Source: Negaprion brevirostris (lineage: Eukaryota). Taken from it: DNA of 64,000 nucleotides. The notes beneath the pieces are model-generated. The model saw only the letters and a list, made by a program, of their open reading frames with translations, ran no database searches and was not told where the DNA came from. Location of the stretch: assembly GCA_030324005.1 (NCBI GenBank), contig JARDVH010000163.1, forward strand, positions 114,245,556 to 114,309,555, in the 5' to 3' direction. A program made the position numbers and the translations under genes. Position 1 is the stretch's first letter; every line of letters begins with the position of its first letter. Below are positions 10,001-24,379 of the stretch, one piece after another.

Positions 10001-13000
10001 ACACATTATATTTTAAAAAAAACCTTGTCTGATGACAGACAGAAAGGAGTTGGCTGAATAATGATGTAGTGAGAGTATTCCAGAGCTGTGGAGGAAAGGT
10101 GAGAAGGATTCCATTTTGAAAGGGAAGGATGGCCAAGAGTACAGAAACATCTGTAACTGGAAGTCTTGTATATACTATAATGCTATAAACAATTATATTA
10201 TAAAGTGTTTTGGAATTTAAAATAAATGGCATTTATAGTTTTACATTCTGAAATGCAACCTTCAGTCAAGCTGCAGGTTGCATTATGTTTACCCCAGTGT
10301 CAATCCCAAGTTTTAATTGTTGCTTAACTGAGATCCTAATCATATGCACTAAGTTTATGTTAACTCTCCTACCCAGTGATGTAGTAATGGCTTGGATGTG
10401 TACAAAGTGAGAGAATGCTGTTTTGTTTGGGGGGGTGGGGGGAAGAGAGCGGGTGAAGGAGGAGGAAGTCAAACTAAAGTTCAGTTTCACTTTCTGTCAA
10501 GGTTAAGTCACTACATTTCTTTTAAGGTTGCTAAAATCCTAGCGGCATTATTTTTTTGAATGCCAGCTCTGAATTGCAGCTTGTGATTTAATGAGTAGAA
10601 TGTGAATCTGAATCCAGATAAGCTTTCACTTTACACTTGCATCAAACTAACTGAAATTTAGGCATATTAAGGTACCTTGATAAAAGGCCTACATGGGGTG
10701 AAATGTGAAGCATCCAGATAAAATGACTATCTGATCACTTATTTAATTGTGCTTATGTACAAATTGACTTTCATTATTCCTCCATTATGATGGTGACTAC
10801 ATTTCAAAAGTACTTCATTGGCTGAAAAAGAAGTCTGGATTATCCTGCATTTATAAATAATACTTTTGTAAATGCAGGTCTTCTCCTTTCGTCTTTGGAA
10901 TTGTTATTAGTACATTTATGTAACAAGGTATAATTCTCATGTAAGCCATTTTTGGTTGGATACTGTCTTAAACACATTTTTATCTTTTGCTTACTGCACA
11001 TTATTTTGGCGGGAAGCAAAATCCACTTAAGCCAGAGGGGTCCTGTTCTGGAAAACCTGATCTGCAACTTTATGCAAACTGACTTGACATCTTTATGTTC
11101 GCTGCTTCATCTCCCTGCAAAGGGATAAACAAGGAGGTCATTTTTGGTGCTATCGGCAGTGATCTGAGCTGCGTTTTCCAGTTCCAACAAACCTGGAACA
11201 AATTTAAATGGAGTAGAGAGAGGCAGGGTAGAAATAGAAAAAGACAAAAAGACTGGTTGTGCAAACAACAGTGAGCTTTGTTAAACTACAACTGAAATTA
11301 AAACCAAAAATTTACTCATGCATAAGCCTGTATAATTTCCATCTGTTTTGCATGAGAACAATTTCTCATTATATTTTGATTTGAGACCAAATGCAGATAT
11401 TACACTGTTCTTTGGCAGCTGGGCCAGAATTCACAGTTAAGTGTGCTGTTACATCAAGCAATTGCTTAAGAATGTGATTAAAATCAAGTTCAGCAGTCTT
11501 GCTTCCATAATTGTGGCAAAAAATTGAAGTAGCCAGGTGGTCAATCTTAATCTAAAATTGGCCAGCACACATCAAAAAAATTTAAGGTTGTGTTGAAAGC
11601 AAGATCTAGCTGAACTGAGAGTCCAAAACACCAACCATATTTGTGTTGTTTGTACATAAATAATCCTTAATTGACTATGTAAACATCCCCTAATTTTGTT
11701 GTCATTTTCAGTTATTTTGAATATAAAAAGCCTTAACCCTTTGACAAAGGCAGTTTCTTCTTTTTGTTTTGAATGCATTAAAAAAACTCTCGTTAATTAT
11801 GTAGACATCCCCCAATTTTGTAGTCACTTTTTCAGCTATTTTGAATGTTTGTGTTTTTTTTAAGTTTTAAAACCCAGCCCTGCAACAAAGACATCAACTT
11901 TTTGGTTTTGAAACGCAAAAACTCAGCTTTTTTTTGCAATTTAATGTTTATCTAAACATTGGATAATTTTATCTGATGGTAATGTTAGCTTCACTAGTTA
12001 ATAATCATTGCCATACATCATCGTATTTCAATAAATGCTTTACGGGTTTTCTATTTTTAAAATAATTGTACCCAGAGACACTGTTCCTTTTTATGTGGCA
12101 GTGTGACTGGTGGAGTGGTTCCCACGCAGGAAAATGGATCAGGACACAGAACTTAGCAGCTGCAAATATAAATAGTCCTGAGGCAAATTATTCTATATAC
12201 ATATTAAAATATGATACAATTTCTTGTAGTTGTACAGAGGTGAGTCTTATGCATACATTGCTTCTGTACAGATCCCTGGACATAGTTGTCTGAGGACATC
12301 TGGTGTGCTTTGCAATTATATTTTTCCATTGCTTGCTGTGGTATCTTTTGAAGGCTATCACAGTAACTGTGGTCTGCCCAGATTAAATCATATGGAGCTG
12401 ACTGAGAATGCTGACAGGTCCTTTCTACGCCTCCCCCCCACCCTTCTTTCCTTTTTCCTGCTGAACACAGCCAAAATACTGGCTGCAGCTGAGGATGTGC
12501 AAATGTGCAGTAGTTATTAAAAATAGGTTTTGGAAAAACATAAATTATTGTAAATGCATAAAATGTGGCAGTGGAAGAAGCAGCATGCTCAGAAAAAAAT
12601 GTGTTGTAATGGACTTAAAAATGCCTTGCATTCAGAAACATGCATTTTGCTTTGTATGGTTAGTTGAAGGTAACTTGCACTGAACCAAGATTTTAGTAAA
12701 TCAAATTATTGCCGTAATTGATACCTTGTACATGTGTGTTTGTAGTTGCTAGTGCTGTTGATCTGTTAATGCAGGGATATCACCTGTGGTAATCTCAGTG
12801 AAATCCAGTTTTCACTTTTTATATTTGTTTTAATGTCTTTACCTTGAAGGTTGGAATGTTCAGTTGGTTCAGTGGTTGCTTCATTAGTTGAATAAATTGT
12901 CAGTTGGAACACTTGGGGATTTCTTAAGTTTCCACAACTCAGGATGTCTGACTATTAACGTGATTTAAACTGGATATCTACCCTTGGAGGCTTAATGATG

Positions 13001-14448
13001 TCCAGGAACATTATTGTTTGGGCACCTCTGTGCTAATATACTGAATGTTGAAAGAGCAGTGCTGTTGGTTCCCATTTAGTGTAATGCATTGCCTAGGTTT
13101 TTGTGCCTTTAAATTTTTGGTACCTATTTTGGGATTATCATACCTCATGCAAACATCTGATTCCCTTTGATTTAAGCTCTGTAACCTGATTATAGCATCT
13201 CCATTTTGCTTCTGAAGTTTCAACAGGTCCCATTTTATGTTCAGTTAATGCTTTTGATGGACCCTGTCTGGCACATTTTTATTTTTGTAGATTTTTCACA
13301 TGTGTTGGGGGTGGGGGGGGGGTGGGGTGTGTGGAGAGCTTCCTTCCTAGGGAGCAAAAGTAACTTGGCAAACATCAGGTTAAAGTTCCATGGGGAGGAG
13401 GGATGGAAATTCTATACATAGCTGTTCAGCTGGGCAAGGGAATACATATAATTGAATTTTTCTGCCTCAAATGAATAAGCAGTCAGGAAGGAAAAATTGG
13501 AAATGCATCAAAATGTTGCCTGGTAATGAGACTGATGACTCGTAAAAAGTCACATGAATATCCTGCATGTGGAATGTGTAGTATCTGGGTCTAGAAGACA
13601 AAAACTAAATTAAATGTATTCAAACTGCTGCTGAAGCATTAAAAAAAGGTCTAGGTTTATCGGAGTGTTTCTTGCCAAAATTATGATGTCATTTTGNNNN
13701 NNNNNNNNNNNNNNNNNNNNNNNNNNNNNNNNNNNNNNNNNNNNNNNNNNNNNNNNNNNNNNNNNNNNNNNNNNNNNNNNNNNNNNNNNNNNNNNNGATG
13801 TCATTTTGGTTGCCATGGAGTGTGGTTAGACTGGAGGAGACAGCCCAGCCAGTAAAATAGGACATTTGTTTGGTGAACTGCGCTGTGGTTTCCCCTCACT
13901 GAATGCAATGGGGAAAACTATCAACAATAAATCTCTTGAATGTTCAGCTCTTTTTTTTTGTTTTTTTGTAGCTTGAGGAAGAGGTGTGGGCCTTGTCACA
14001 GATTTGGTACATGCTCTTATTTTTCCCATGTAGGCAGGGCGTGTGAGCTTGCTTGGAGTTTGGTTTTTATGCCTACGTATATATACTGTAGAACATTAAC
14101 TGTGTCCAATAAACTTGTAAAGTTTAGTTTGGCAAGCTGTTTTTCCCTCTGCCACAGCCCTTACTGTGCGGAAAGAAAAACAACATTTCCCACAGCAGCA
14201 CATGAGTTATATATTTCATTGCAGTAAAGCAAAGTAGCAAATTTTAAGCAAAATGGAGAGTTTGGTTACACTTACACCTTTTAAGAGTGTGAATACAAAG
14301 ATATTGAACAAAATTAATGTACTTGACTGAAGTCTTTAATGTGCAGCATTTTTTTTACGTGATCTTCTCACAGTTAGATGGTATTTGCAACCTGCTATAG
14401 GAAGGATGATGTTTGAGAGAATAATTTTGTTAAACATTTAATCCATAG

Positions 14449-14635
14449 GTGAAGCTGCACTAAGGAGTGACGGTAGGATGCAGTCAATCCCAGTGTCCTC
14501 TGCGCTTACCAACCATCGCACAGGACCTCCACCCATCAGCCCCAACAAGAGGAAGTACAGTGGGGACCAGGGAGGTGATGATATGGAAAGTGAGAATGAA
14601 CATGCCTCTAAAGCAAGCAGGTTATATGTTCAAGT
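14449..14635 (+). CDS. VGLL4: VGLL4 coding exon 2 (G-EAALRSDGRMQSIPVSSALTNHRTGPPPISPNKRKYSGDQGGDDMESENEHASKASRLYVQ-V)
   Basis: Acceptor ccatag|GT at 14447-8, donor GT|gtaagt at 14636. Manual translation (not the frame shown in the ORF track) gives the VGLL4 HRTGPPPISPxKRK motif (basic, NLS-like). 187 nt, phase 1 to 2. Confidence 0.95.
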
Positions 14636-17600
14636 GTAAGTATTTCTTGACTAGAAGCATTCCATGTGCTGAAAACTAAGAGTTCTTGTGCTACGTCAGT
14701 TACAGAAGATGGAACTGATTGGAATGGATTAATCCTGAATGAGGAGCAGATTCAGCAACAACTAGGATTCACATTTTTAGTAAAGCCTGTCCTTTGAACT
14801 CTAGTATCTGCACACATCTTTACTTGCGTCCTTCTGCTGATTTTACTAAGTAAAGTTTTTAGCAGGAAAATGGCTTGGGGATAAAAAAAAAGCTATTGAC
14901 TAAATAGTATACTTGCCCAAATACTGTCTGTGCACAAAGCACTGTCCGTCATTATCTAACACAAACGTGTCTAGTCTATTCAAACTCCAGCTGTCAAAAT
15001 TGTTATCCCCAAGGTTATCATTTTAATTTTCCAGTGAAAAAACAACATTTTCTAATACCTTTTTTGCAGTGGTTGGGTGGGGAGGTGGAGATGGATATGA
15101 AATATATTGTCCTCTGAAATCTGTTTATCTACTGTTATCTGGTTTATTTCTGCTGTCTTTCTCAAATACTTTGTGCATACTTGTATGCCATACTCCTCCT
15201 CCCAGTTTGAAACATGGCTTTACACACACCATGAGTCCTTCCTCAGCTTGTCACACATTGCGTTATACCCCTACTGTATAATTAAATCCTTGCCTCCCCA
15301 GCCTGTCACATGGCATTGCGTCATGGATTCTTGATTCCCTTTCATTTTGTTTTGAATAGCAGTCATTCCCTCCCCATGGTTAGTCTGCAGCGTTGTGATT
15401 CTTTATACACGTTGCACAGTTTCTCTTTTGTATTTCAGAGCTTGATCTGCACTGCACTCCGTTCACCTAGTCTACTTGAGGTAGAAAATGTTGTAACAAC
15501 TACCATCCATAGGGTGCACTGCTTCACCCAGCTTACTTTGACAGCACGTCCCAGCCCTTTAATCTCATCCTGATTAGACAATACTATGGGATCACCTCTA
15601 AGTGCCACTTCATGTCTCACAGTATTATCATTTGGCTATGTACTGCTATTCCTTCATCTGTGCTTGCTACAAATCCTGGACTTACCTCCTAACACCAATG
15701 CAAAGCAGCATCTCATGAACTGGAGCATTTTAAGGAGAAACCCTCTGTCCCAAGAAGTGATAATTGATGAACGATTTAACATCACCTATATTCAGAGAGC
15801 AAAATTAAAAAATCATGCAATGTTTCCTTACATCTTTTGAGTGTTAGATGGCTTACACTTGTTCAAAACCCCCTGCAACTCCCTGCCACCTTCACCACCC
15901 CCACCAATTCCTAAGGATTTCTGTATGGGAAAGTTAGCATGAGAAAAATATATTTCAGGTTTTGCTTGGTTAACAGGCAAGTATGCTGGAGAACAAAATA
16001 GTTTTTATGTACCTAAACTAGCTTTTATGTACCTAAAATTGTTATTTGTATATTAATTGTCCTAAATGATGCATTTAATAGCATCTGAACTGGGTTCAAG
16101 AAAATGGAGAAAGCTGAAGAGTTGTTCCCTTCTCTGTAGTTCACTGTCAGAATGTATTCCCCCCATTAGCCAATGAATGGAATTTTCTACACATGAGTTT
16201 AAATGCTCATTTATGCAGAGGGAAAAAAGCATTCAGGGTTTTTTAAGTGGCATTATGTGATAAGACTTAATTTTTTTCTGCTTTTGAACCTACTTGATCT
16301 GATCTTGAATCTTTATTCCACCCCCAACAACAACAACCACCACCACCACCAGACTGTTAATTCCTGGCTCATTCTCCAGGAATCTTGCTAATTTCTGAAG
16401 TTTACTAGTGCCTCAATTATTTATGTATCTGGTTAGAGTGTGAGGGCTTTCAGTCCAGGGATAGGCCAGGGAAGCCAACTATGTCTTTGTGTGACGTTGA
16501 AACAGTTTCACTGTTGGTTAAGAAGTTAATTAATGAAAATCTTAGTTTCCTTGGCTTAGTGGAGTTACAGCAGTGCATCCTATACATAGTAAATGCTGAA
16601 GCACAGTTGCATAGCACTACATCATTCAAATTAGAATTAGTCTCATTCCTGATCTGTGTTGAAATTGTGTCTCTCAAGCTAAATAGAGCTCAATTGGCAT
16701 TAGTGTTTGGGAGCTAAACATGGGGGGTTAAAAAAAAATCAGCTTTGATTACCACTCCAGGTGGCTACACCAGTAAGCCCTGGTGAAATTACATGTTTTG
16801 TGGACATTCGCTATGATTTGATGGCCCCGACAGTTACTAAGTCAAATAATGGCTGCTGCATAACAATTCCACAGGTGGCTACAGCGAGCCTCTGGTATCT
16901 AGTCCCTGAATGAGCCCTTCCTCTAAGCCACAAGAGGTGAAGGTTTGTAGAAAAATAGCATGAATTAGACGTAAAAATTAATTGTACTTTTTATCCTCCG
17001 GATACTGATGCTGCTTTCGCCAAATCTCAGTTTCACTTCACAATATAGGTGTAAGTACTGTACCACTGTTTACTAGACAAGTATAGAACTCATTTTAATA
17101 CATTTTTTTTGTGAACAAAGCCATTCACTGTGCTCTTATCATCAAATTGTAATGAATATTGAAGCATTCTTGTTTTTGGAAATGCAACAGCTAAAATTCC
17201 TTAATGGGAAATTTACAAGTTTTCAATAGGACAGCCAATTTCCTCTAACTCTGGGGAATTATCCAGATACTTTATGCACTTTATTCCTACGTCTATTTAG
17301 TTCTCTGTGGAGAATGCCTGGGATGAGCTCTTCCAATTATTTAGCTGATTGTGCATACAACCCAGAGTGGAAGTGAGCCATACAGATGTGGACAGTCTTG
17401 TTATTAATCCCTAATGTGTGCTGAGTCAGCAGATAATCAGTTGGGTGGCAGCAGTGGCACATAATTGTTTTTGGTTAACTCTTTTTGGTTTGGGTGTGGG
17501 GGAGGGGGTGCTCATGCATGATGATGTTGGTGGAATTCATTATATCCACCTTTGCTGGAAGGTATTTGTGTGAAGACATCGTTGGTCTTGGTTGTGACAT

Positions 17601-17727
17601 CCTGCTGTCACTCATTAGAAGGTACAGAGGCTCCTGATGCCCTTGGCAATGCATCCTTTCCATGAGATTGAGGTGGAGAAAAACAAAGATTCTTTTTTTC
17701 CTGTGTGTACCGAGTAACAACCTCTTA

Positions 17728-18138
17728 ATTAGAGTCATAGAGGTTTACAGCATGGAAGCAGGCCCTTTGGCCCAACTTGTCCATGCGGCCTTTTTTTAAA
17801 ACCCCTAAGCTAATCCCAGTTGCCTGCGTTTGGCCCATATCCCTCTATACCCATGTAACTGTCTAATGTTTTTTAAAAGACAAAATTGTACCCACCTCTG
17901 CTATACCTCTGGCAGCTTGTTCCAGACACTTACCACCCTCTGTCTGAAAAAATTGCCCTTCTGGGCACTTTTGTATTGCTTCCCTCTCACCTTAAACCTA
18001 TGTCCTCTAGTTTTAGACTCCTTTACCTTTGGGAAAAGATATTGACTGTCTAGCGGATCTGTGGCCCTCATTATTTTATAGACCTCCATAAGATCATCCC
18101 ACAGCCTTCTACTCTCCAGAAGAAAAAGTCCCAGTCTA
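17728..18138 (-). mobile_element. CR1-type LINE 3' end
   Basis: ORF 17901-18089: EVYKIMRA.D.LDSQYLFP...TRGHRFKVRG...FFRQRVVSVWNKLP, the canonical CR1 ORF2 C-terminus. Confidence 0.9.
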
Positions 18139-20399
18139 ATGCTTCTTTTGTTAATGTTTCAAGAAAAGTAATGAAATGGATAGCATGAGATGAGAGCATG
18201 TGGGATTGAGGATGCCACCGATAGCAGGTTCACAGTTATTAGATAGGAAAATTACTGGCAAGTTACTGCAACTGGATATTGAATTTGCTGATCGGCCATG
18301 ATTAAAATAAATGGCGGAGCAGGCTATAAGGACCGAATGGTCTACTCCTGCTTCTAGTTTCTTTTGTAACTTGCACGCAATTGGTTTGGACTAACTTCAG
18401 GAATTGGGAATGGCCGTGTAATAGTCTGTCTGCCTATTCTCCCTCATGGTTTGGGGCTGNNNNNNNNNNTTGGGGCTGCAAGGGAAGTGACTACAAGATA
18501 ACTTGTGATAAGGGGCAGAAAATAGGTATTTGCATTCTTCTAGATGCAACTGAAGGAATTCCTTGTACATGAAGTCTACTATTGTAGATTAGGTTGTGGT
18601 GCACACTCACTTTAAGTTGGTATAGTTTTGTCTGTTGCAAACTCTTCTCTTCCTTCTCAAAGAAGAGTGTGTCATGTAGGGTGTCTCATAGAGAACTGAT
18701 TGTGCTTCAGTGATAGAAGAAATGTAAACAGAACGTAAATTGCAATCCCGAGAGCTTCTATTAAGATGTAAGCTGAGCCATTCAGACGAGGAATGTCCTA
18801 GGTTCTGTCTGCTGCTTTGTGCTGATCTCTGGAGAGTGGAGGTAGCAGATTGTAGGTTCCTCTTCCCTGAATGAACAAAACAATCTATTTTTAAAAAGAA
18901 ATTGGCACTAGGAACAGGCATTGAGCCAGCCCCGTTCATCATGGAACTTGCGTCATGTTGCTGCTTTGTATTTTGATACTGATATATCGACATGTTGAAC
19001 TATATGTGCAAGATAACCTAGCAAAGCTGGTACCCAACGGTGGTATGGGAGGCAAAGGAAAAATGTGGTCTTCAGTGTAGCCAGAACACCACAACTAGGT
19101 AGCTGTTATATTTGGTTGTCATGTTGATTGACTTTACAAGTATTTGGGCAGGAATTCTACTGCAGATGGAATAATGTAAAAGTATTGATTGAATCAAAAT
19201 ATCCTTTTAAGATTGTGTGGTTTTGAAATAAATACTAACCAGTGACTTTAGTTTGTGATGTAACCTAGGGGTTGGCGGGGGGGATTCATGGTTTATTACC
19301 ATCTGAATATCAGTTGGGGTGGTGGAGGGAAGAATTGATGGTTACATGTAAAAATACCTCTCAAATATCCTTCTTTTTGTACTTGCATCACAGATGTTTA
19401 AACATTCACCATTGTAATAATTTCTCTGCCAAAAATGTGTCTAATCATAACCATTTTCTCATGCCTTTTAAGTAGTTCATATTGTGATCATAGTCTGAGC
19501 CGTGTCAGTGACAAATTTAATTTGAGTCCAATTATCCCCAGCTCTGGTAAAATCAACCTGAGCAATCTAAAAATACGCCAAGAGACATTAGCATGTGCCT
19601 TCATAATGTACATTTTTGCAGTCAGATCTTTGATTTAATATGTAAACATTGACTGGTGGTCAGTTCCTTTTGAGCAGAAAAAAAATGTGATCAGAGCCAA
19701 CAAAAGTTTGAACATTCATTTCTTTTTTGTTATTATTTGCATCTTTTTGTTTCCTGAATTGTGTTCACAATTTTGGCCTTTCGCCTGCTGTGTGAGCCTC
19801 CATAAACCGGTTACCCCTACCATTATGCTGTCGTTCACTGTAACATTTCACCATAAAGTTTTTAACTTCACTGCAGATGAGTGTTTGAGCTCCGTCTGTA
19901 ATTTGGGTCAATAGTCAAATTTGAGACCTAATATAAACAAGAAGGATAGTGAACCTGAACAGAACCCTAAAATTTCATTGCTACAGGGCAAAAAAAGTTA
20001 TTCATTGTCTGGTGTTAGCCAATTTATGAAATGTTATATTTATTGTAAATTGGTTCTGTAAGCCTAAAATATATTCTTACTGCAAATGTTGGGGGTGGAG
20101 AAAATGTCTCCTAGTTTTATGGAAGTGCTTTTGTAAATTGCTTGAAATGATGTTGTAGACATTTGTTTTGAAGAGACTTAAAAAGTTCAGATTTGTAATG
20201 TTTTTAAAATACTGGCTATGGACATTGCCATTGGGATAAGAATGCCTAGATTTCAAGAAACACTTCTGGTTCTTTTTTCAAAAAGAAAATACCCCCCGAG
20301 CTAAGGATGCAGCCTTGCAAATGTACAGATTAAGCTTTCACAGTCCAATCTGGCTAGAGCAAATCAGCACTATGGGCTGCTGTTTTCTTCCCAGAATTG

Positions 20400-21420
20400 T
20401 TCTCTTCTTCTTCAGCTTCATCCTAGAATGCAAAAATAACTCCAGGTTCCTTCTCTCCACTACTGTTTCCATGAACTCTCTCTAACAAGAAGTCCAAGGA
20501 GCTCATAAACTACTTTATCACGAAGAGTGAGACCATTCATTCAGCTTGTCACATTCCTCCCCTTCCATTGCTCACAAGATCAGGAATCCTCCCTGTGCCT
20601 TAATGCAGAATTCCCATCTTTCTGCAGTTTCTTGCTTGTCTCCAAGCTCATCTTGTTTGTGAGATTCATCTCTTGCTTTCTGAATCCTATTCCAATTTAT
20701 CTTCCTGCTCTTCATGAGCTAGCACTGTATGTGGTTCCCATTCCACTTATGCTTGAACATGCAGATAGCTCCACATTGGAATCAGAAATCCATCCCTACC
20801 AAAGCAATGAAACAGTCCTAATCAAAGTGGAAAGTGATGATCTCTGTCTGTCTGTAGCTATAATGTACTGAACCTCCTCATCCATCTTTACCTGTCTGCA
20901 GTCTTTCTCACATTTGACCACGGTTCTCTCAATTGTCCAGTAAGCTAGTCATTGCCAGAGATACTTTGCAATGGGTTATCTTCTTGTACCCTACTATTTC
21001 TCTTCTATTTGCTGCTCATTGACAGTTTGGCTAAAACTCTGATCCTAAACTTGTTACCCTTGGACTTCATTATTCCAATATCCTCCTCGCTATCTTCCCA
21101 GCTTCCACTCTTCATAATTGTGAACTCAGCAAAACACTACAGCACTTATTGTAACCCACACCAAGTTCTGCTTATCATCACCCCTCACAGTCTACCAATG
21201 CCTTCATTTGAAAATGGTTTCCGTACCTCACTCTTCCTTACTTTTGTAACCTCTGACCAAAAAACCTTTCTAAAGCACGACATTTCTCCAATTCTAGTTT
21301 CTTGTGCACATCTCACTCTCCTTGCTCCATGCTTTCATCCATCAAGTCTCTAAGCATTGGAATTCCTACCCATGACCTGCTTTAAGATGCTCCTTCTCAG
21401 TCTTTGCAGAATGCTTTTGT
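20400..21420 (+). mobile_element. Highly degenerate L2-type LINE fragments
   Basis: LESEIHPYQSNETVLIKVESDDL resembles the RT motif QSGFRP.HSTETAL.KV..D.L. Boundaries approximate. Confidence 0.5.
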
Positions 21421-24379
21421 TAGAGATGGTATTGTGCATGAAATGCTGAATTGAGGAGGAAAATAGAAACCAAAGGGTTTGGAAAATNNNNNNNNNNAGT
21501 TAATCAAGTGGTAAACATTGGAAAACAGCTCAAGTGGTGTAGGCTAATATTTCTGACTTTAGATGTGCCATACCACTCTAGTTTTGATATGTGGAAAATG
21601 CCAAAATGTTCCCAGAGCTTGGGCTACATCTCATTAAAATTTATGTTGCTAGAAAATAGTCATCGTGTGAAAATTATGCTATTCATACAAGATAATGAGA
21701 ACAGTGATTTTTATCAGTTAATGTGTGTGCATATTTAAGTGGAAATGCATATTCATATGTGTGCATATATTTGTGTGTAGTGCAGGAAAAGCTTTCAAGA
21801 TATTTTTATTTCTCTGTTCCCATGACCGTGAATGGCATCGAGTTGAAAGATTTCACTTATTCCTGACTAGACAAAATGATCACAGCACATTGTAGGCAGA
21901 GGCAGTATGCATTCCTGATCACTACTTACAGTTCTTAGCTTTAGAGCTTAACTGAAGTAGTCTACATTCCTTGCATTCCATTCCATTTAGAATGTAGTGT
22001 GTAGTCATAAAGCATATACAGATTTTTAACATTTAGGGAGACTTTGATGAATAGCCAGTTTCTTTTTCATTGCAGGCTATATCAATGTATTTTATCAGCT
22101 TAACGGGCTAAGTGTAAGAATAGTTTTTTTTAATAGTATCCAGCCTGTAAAGCAGCCTTTCCAACCTGATCAGTGGTTATTGATGTGTCAAATCAGCCAA
22201 TTGTTAAATGCATGATGTTTTGCCAAATTGTGTGGAGATTTTGATGCTGGTTCTGTGCAGCTCCAGATGATTTGTGGTGTGATCTGAAGTAATATGATCT
22301 GAAGCAGATCAGAGTTCTGACTTGCATGTCTCCCTTTGATAGTTTGCATTAAGGTCTTTTTTGCAGCAGCAGCCTCAACACTGCAGTCTTCCAGACCCTT
22401 CCCCCTCAGCCATTTGTGGTGAATCGACTCTTGTCTGTTGATCCTGTAAACTGTCGTGACTTTCTGACCTGTCTATTGTGTCTGTCTCAATGGAGCAATA
22501 TTGGCTGCTGGTTGATGAGGTCACTGGGGTGGAGGGAGAGGAGGAAATTTTTTGTTTGTGAGCATGAGCAGCCAGTGATTTGTGTTTCCGGTTGTATTGG
22601 GATTGAAATCTGCCATAGCTACTTCATTTCTCCTGACTCAAATTATATTATGAAACCCAAATAAGATATTTCTTTAAAAGCTATTGGTACAAAAATGTGG
22701 GTGTTGCCCTCAATGAAGGTGTTTTGGGAGATCAATAGTGAACCACTTTATCAACAGTAATAAAAATACAGTAATAAATAAAATACATATATCTAGATTT
22801 TAAAGGGAAAGAATTTGATAGATTGCATACACTTGAACAAAATTAGCAGCTCCATTCACAACAATCTGTTTCCTTTTATGGTACAGTATAGTAACACAAC
22901 AAGATTTATTCATGACTTACATGTGGGTGGTGACATAATGCAATATGTTTTCTGGCAGTGAAGTTGAGAAGAACAATGGAAGTTCGCAATGCTTTGGTTC
23001 CAAAAACAGGATGATGTCCCCACGTTGTTTATAAAATGTAGTTAAGAAATCCGGTAGTATGTGCAAGAATTTATCTGAACACCCAATCAGTTATGTACTT
23101 CGCTCTTGTGATATCATGCAAGATGAATTTTATTGTTTTAAAATCATCAGTTGTATGAAAGGGACTAACGTTGCTTACTGACACCAATTCATTTTGGCAC
23201 TAGTAATTTCTTTCCCTTCCAAAAATCCACGGTGGCAGGAACCAATACAGCGTCATTGGAAATGTGCAGTTGCCAATAACTTGTGTACACAACAGTGCAA
23301 CAAAGATGGCATTCTATCCTTGTGCTTACCCGCGAGCTGAATGAGCAGCATGCTCCTGGTAACTTCTGAGATCAGTTTTGCTAGAAAGTTTGACCAATGG
23401 GGAATGTCAGAAGAGCAGTTAACTTTTCACCCCAGAGGTGGAAAAAGCATGGCTGATGGTGCTTGCTATATGCAGTAATACGGAAACTTGCTTGGGAGTG
23501 TGCTTGAATCATGATCATCTGGGCCTTTTTGGAATTTCCCATTAAACGCAACATGAGAGCTGAGGTTTTGTGCATATCACAAAAGAAAAGAACTGGATTT
23601 TTTTCTTTAATCTTTATGCCAATTTGTAATTCGCTGTTTTTCTAGGTTTTTTTCAATCTGCTAGCAAGTTGGAACTAAGGGATGATTAAAATCAACCAGT
23701 TGAGATGCAGTATATTAACTGAAAACGTAATTCTGTTTATTCTCACACATCTGGCTCACCAAGAAATAAAACCTCTTTGTTTATCCGATGAACGCAATCT
23801 ATTCTTTTTCAGAAGGAAGCTGCACCTTGTTTTGTGCTTGTAGTGTGACATGTTTTTCACAACGTCAGCTGAAAATAATGTCTTGCATCAGACTGTATAG
23901 AGGGTCACAATCATGTTCAAATAGCTGTATTTAAGATAAAGAAAAACGGAAACACCCCTGCAATTTAATGCCAGTAAAAACGGATGGTATATAATTACTT
24001 CCAGAGCTCTTTCTTTCCCTGAAACTCTCTCGCTCCTGCAGAATACAGCTTTTAGTAAACTTCTGGCTTTCATAACTCACTTTGGCCCATGAACTAAAAG
24101 CTGGTTTGTATAAGCCATTGCAAACTTGTGGACGTGATCCAAAACCAGATAACCTGCAGAAAGTCCACAGGCTTGATTAGGTACAGAAAGTGAACAGAAG
24201 AATAGCCCCTCAAAACAATACATGGCTTTTATATATTTTTAAGTTAATGGTGCAAAACTCTGTTCTCATCTGTTTTTGCCCTTGTATTACCGTTTGATCT
24301 AATTTTGACCATTGGATATGGATGTATCAGAGGATGGGTTTGGTTGAACCAAAGAATACCTACTTTCATTTCCATAATG

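Noticed and set aside
14467-14679. 70-aa ORF overlapping exon 2 in another frame (possible dual coding)
   Set aside because: GTG start, short, and expected by chance in a GC-richer exon; no supporting splice logic.
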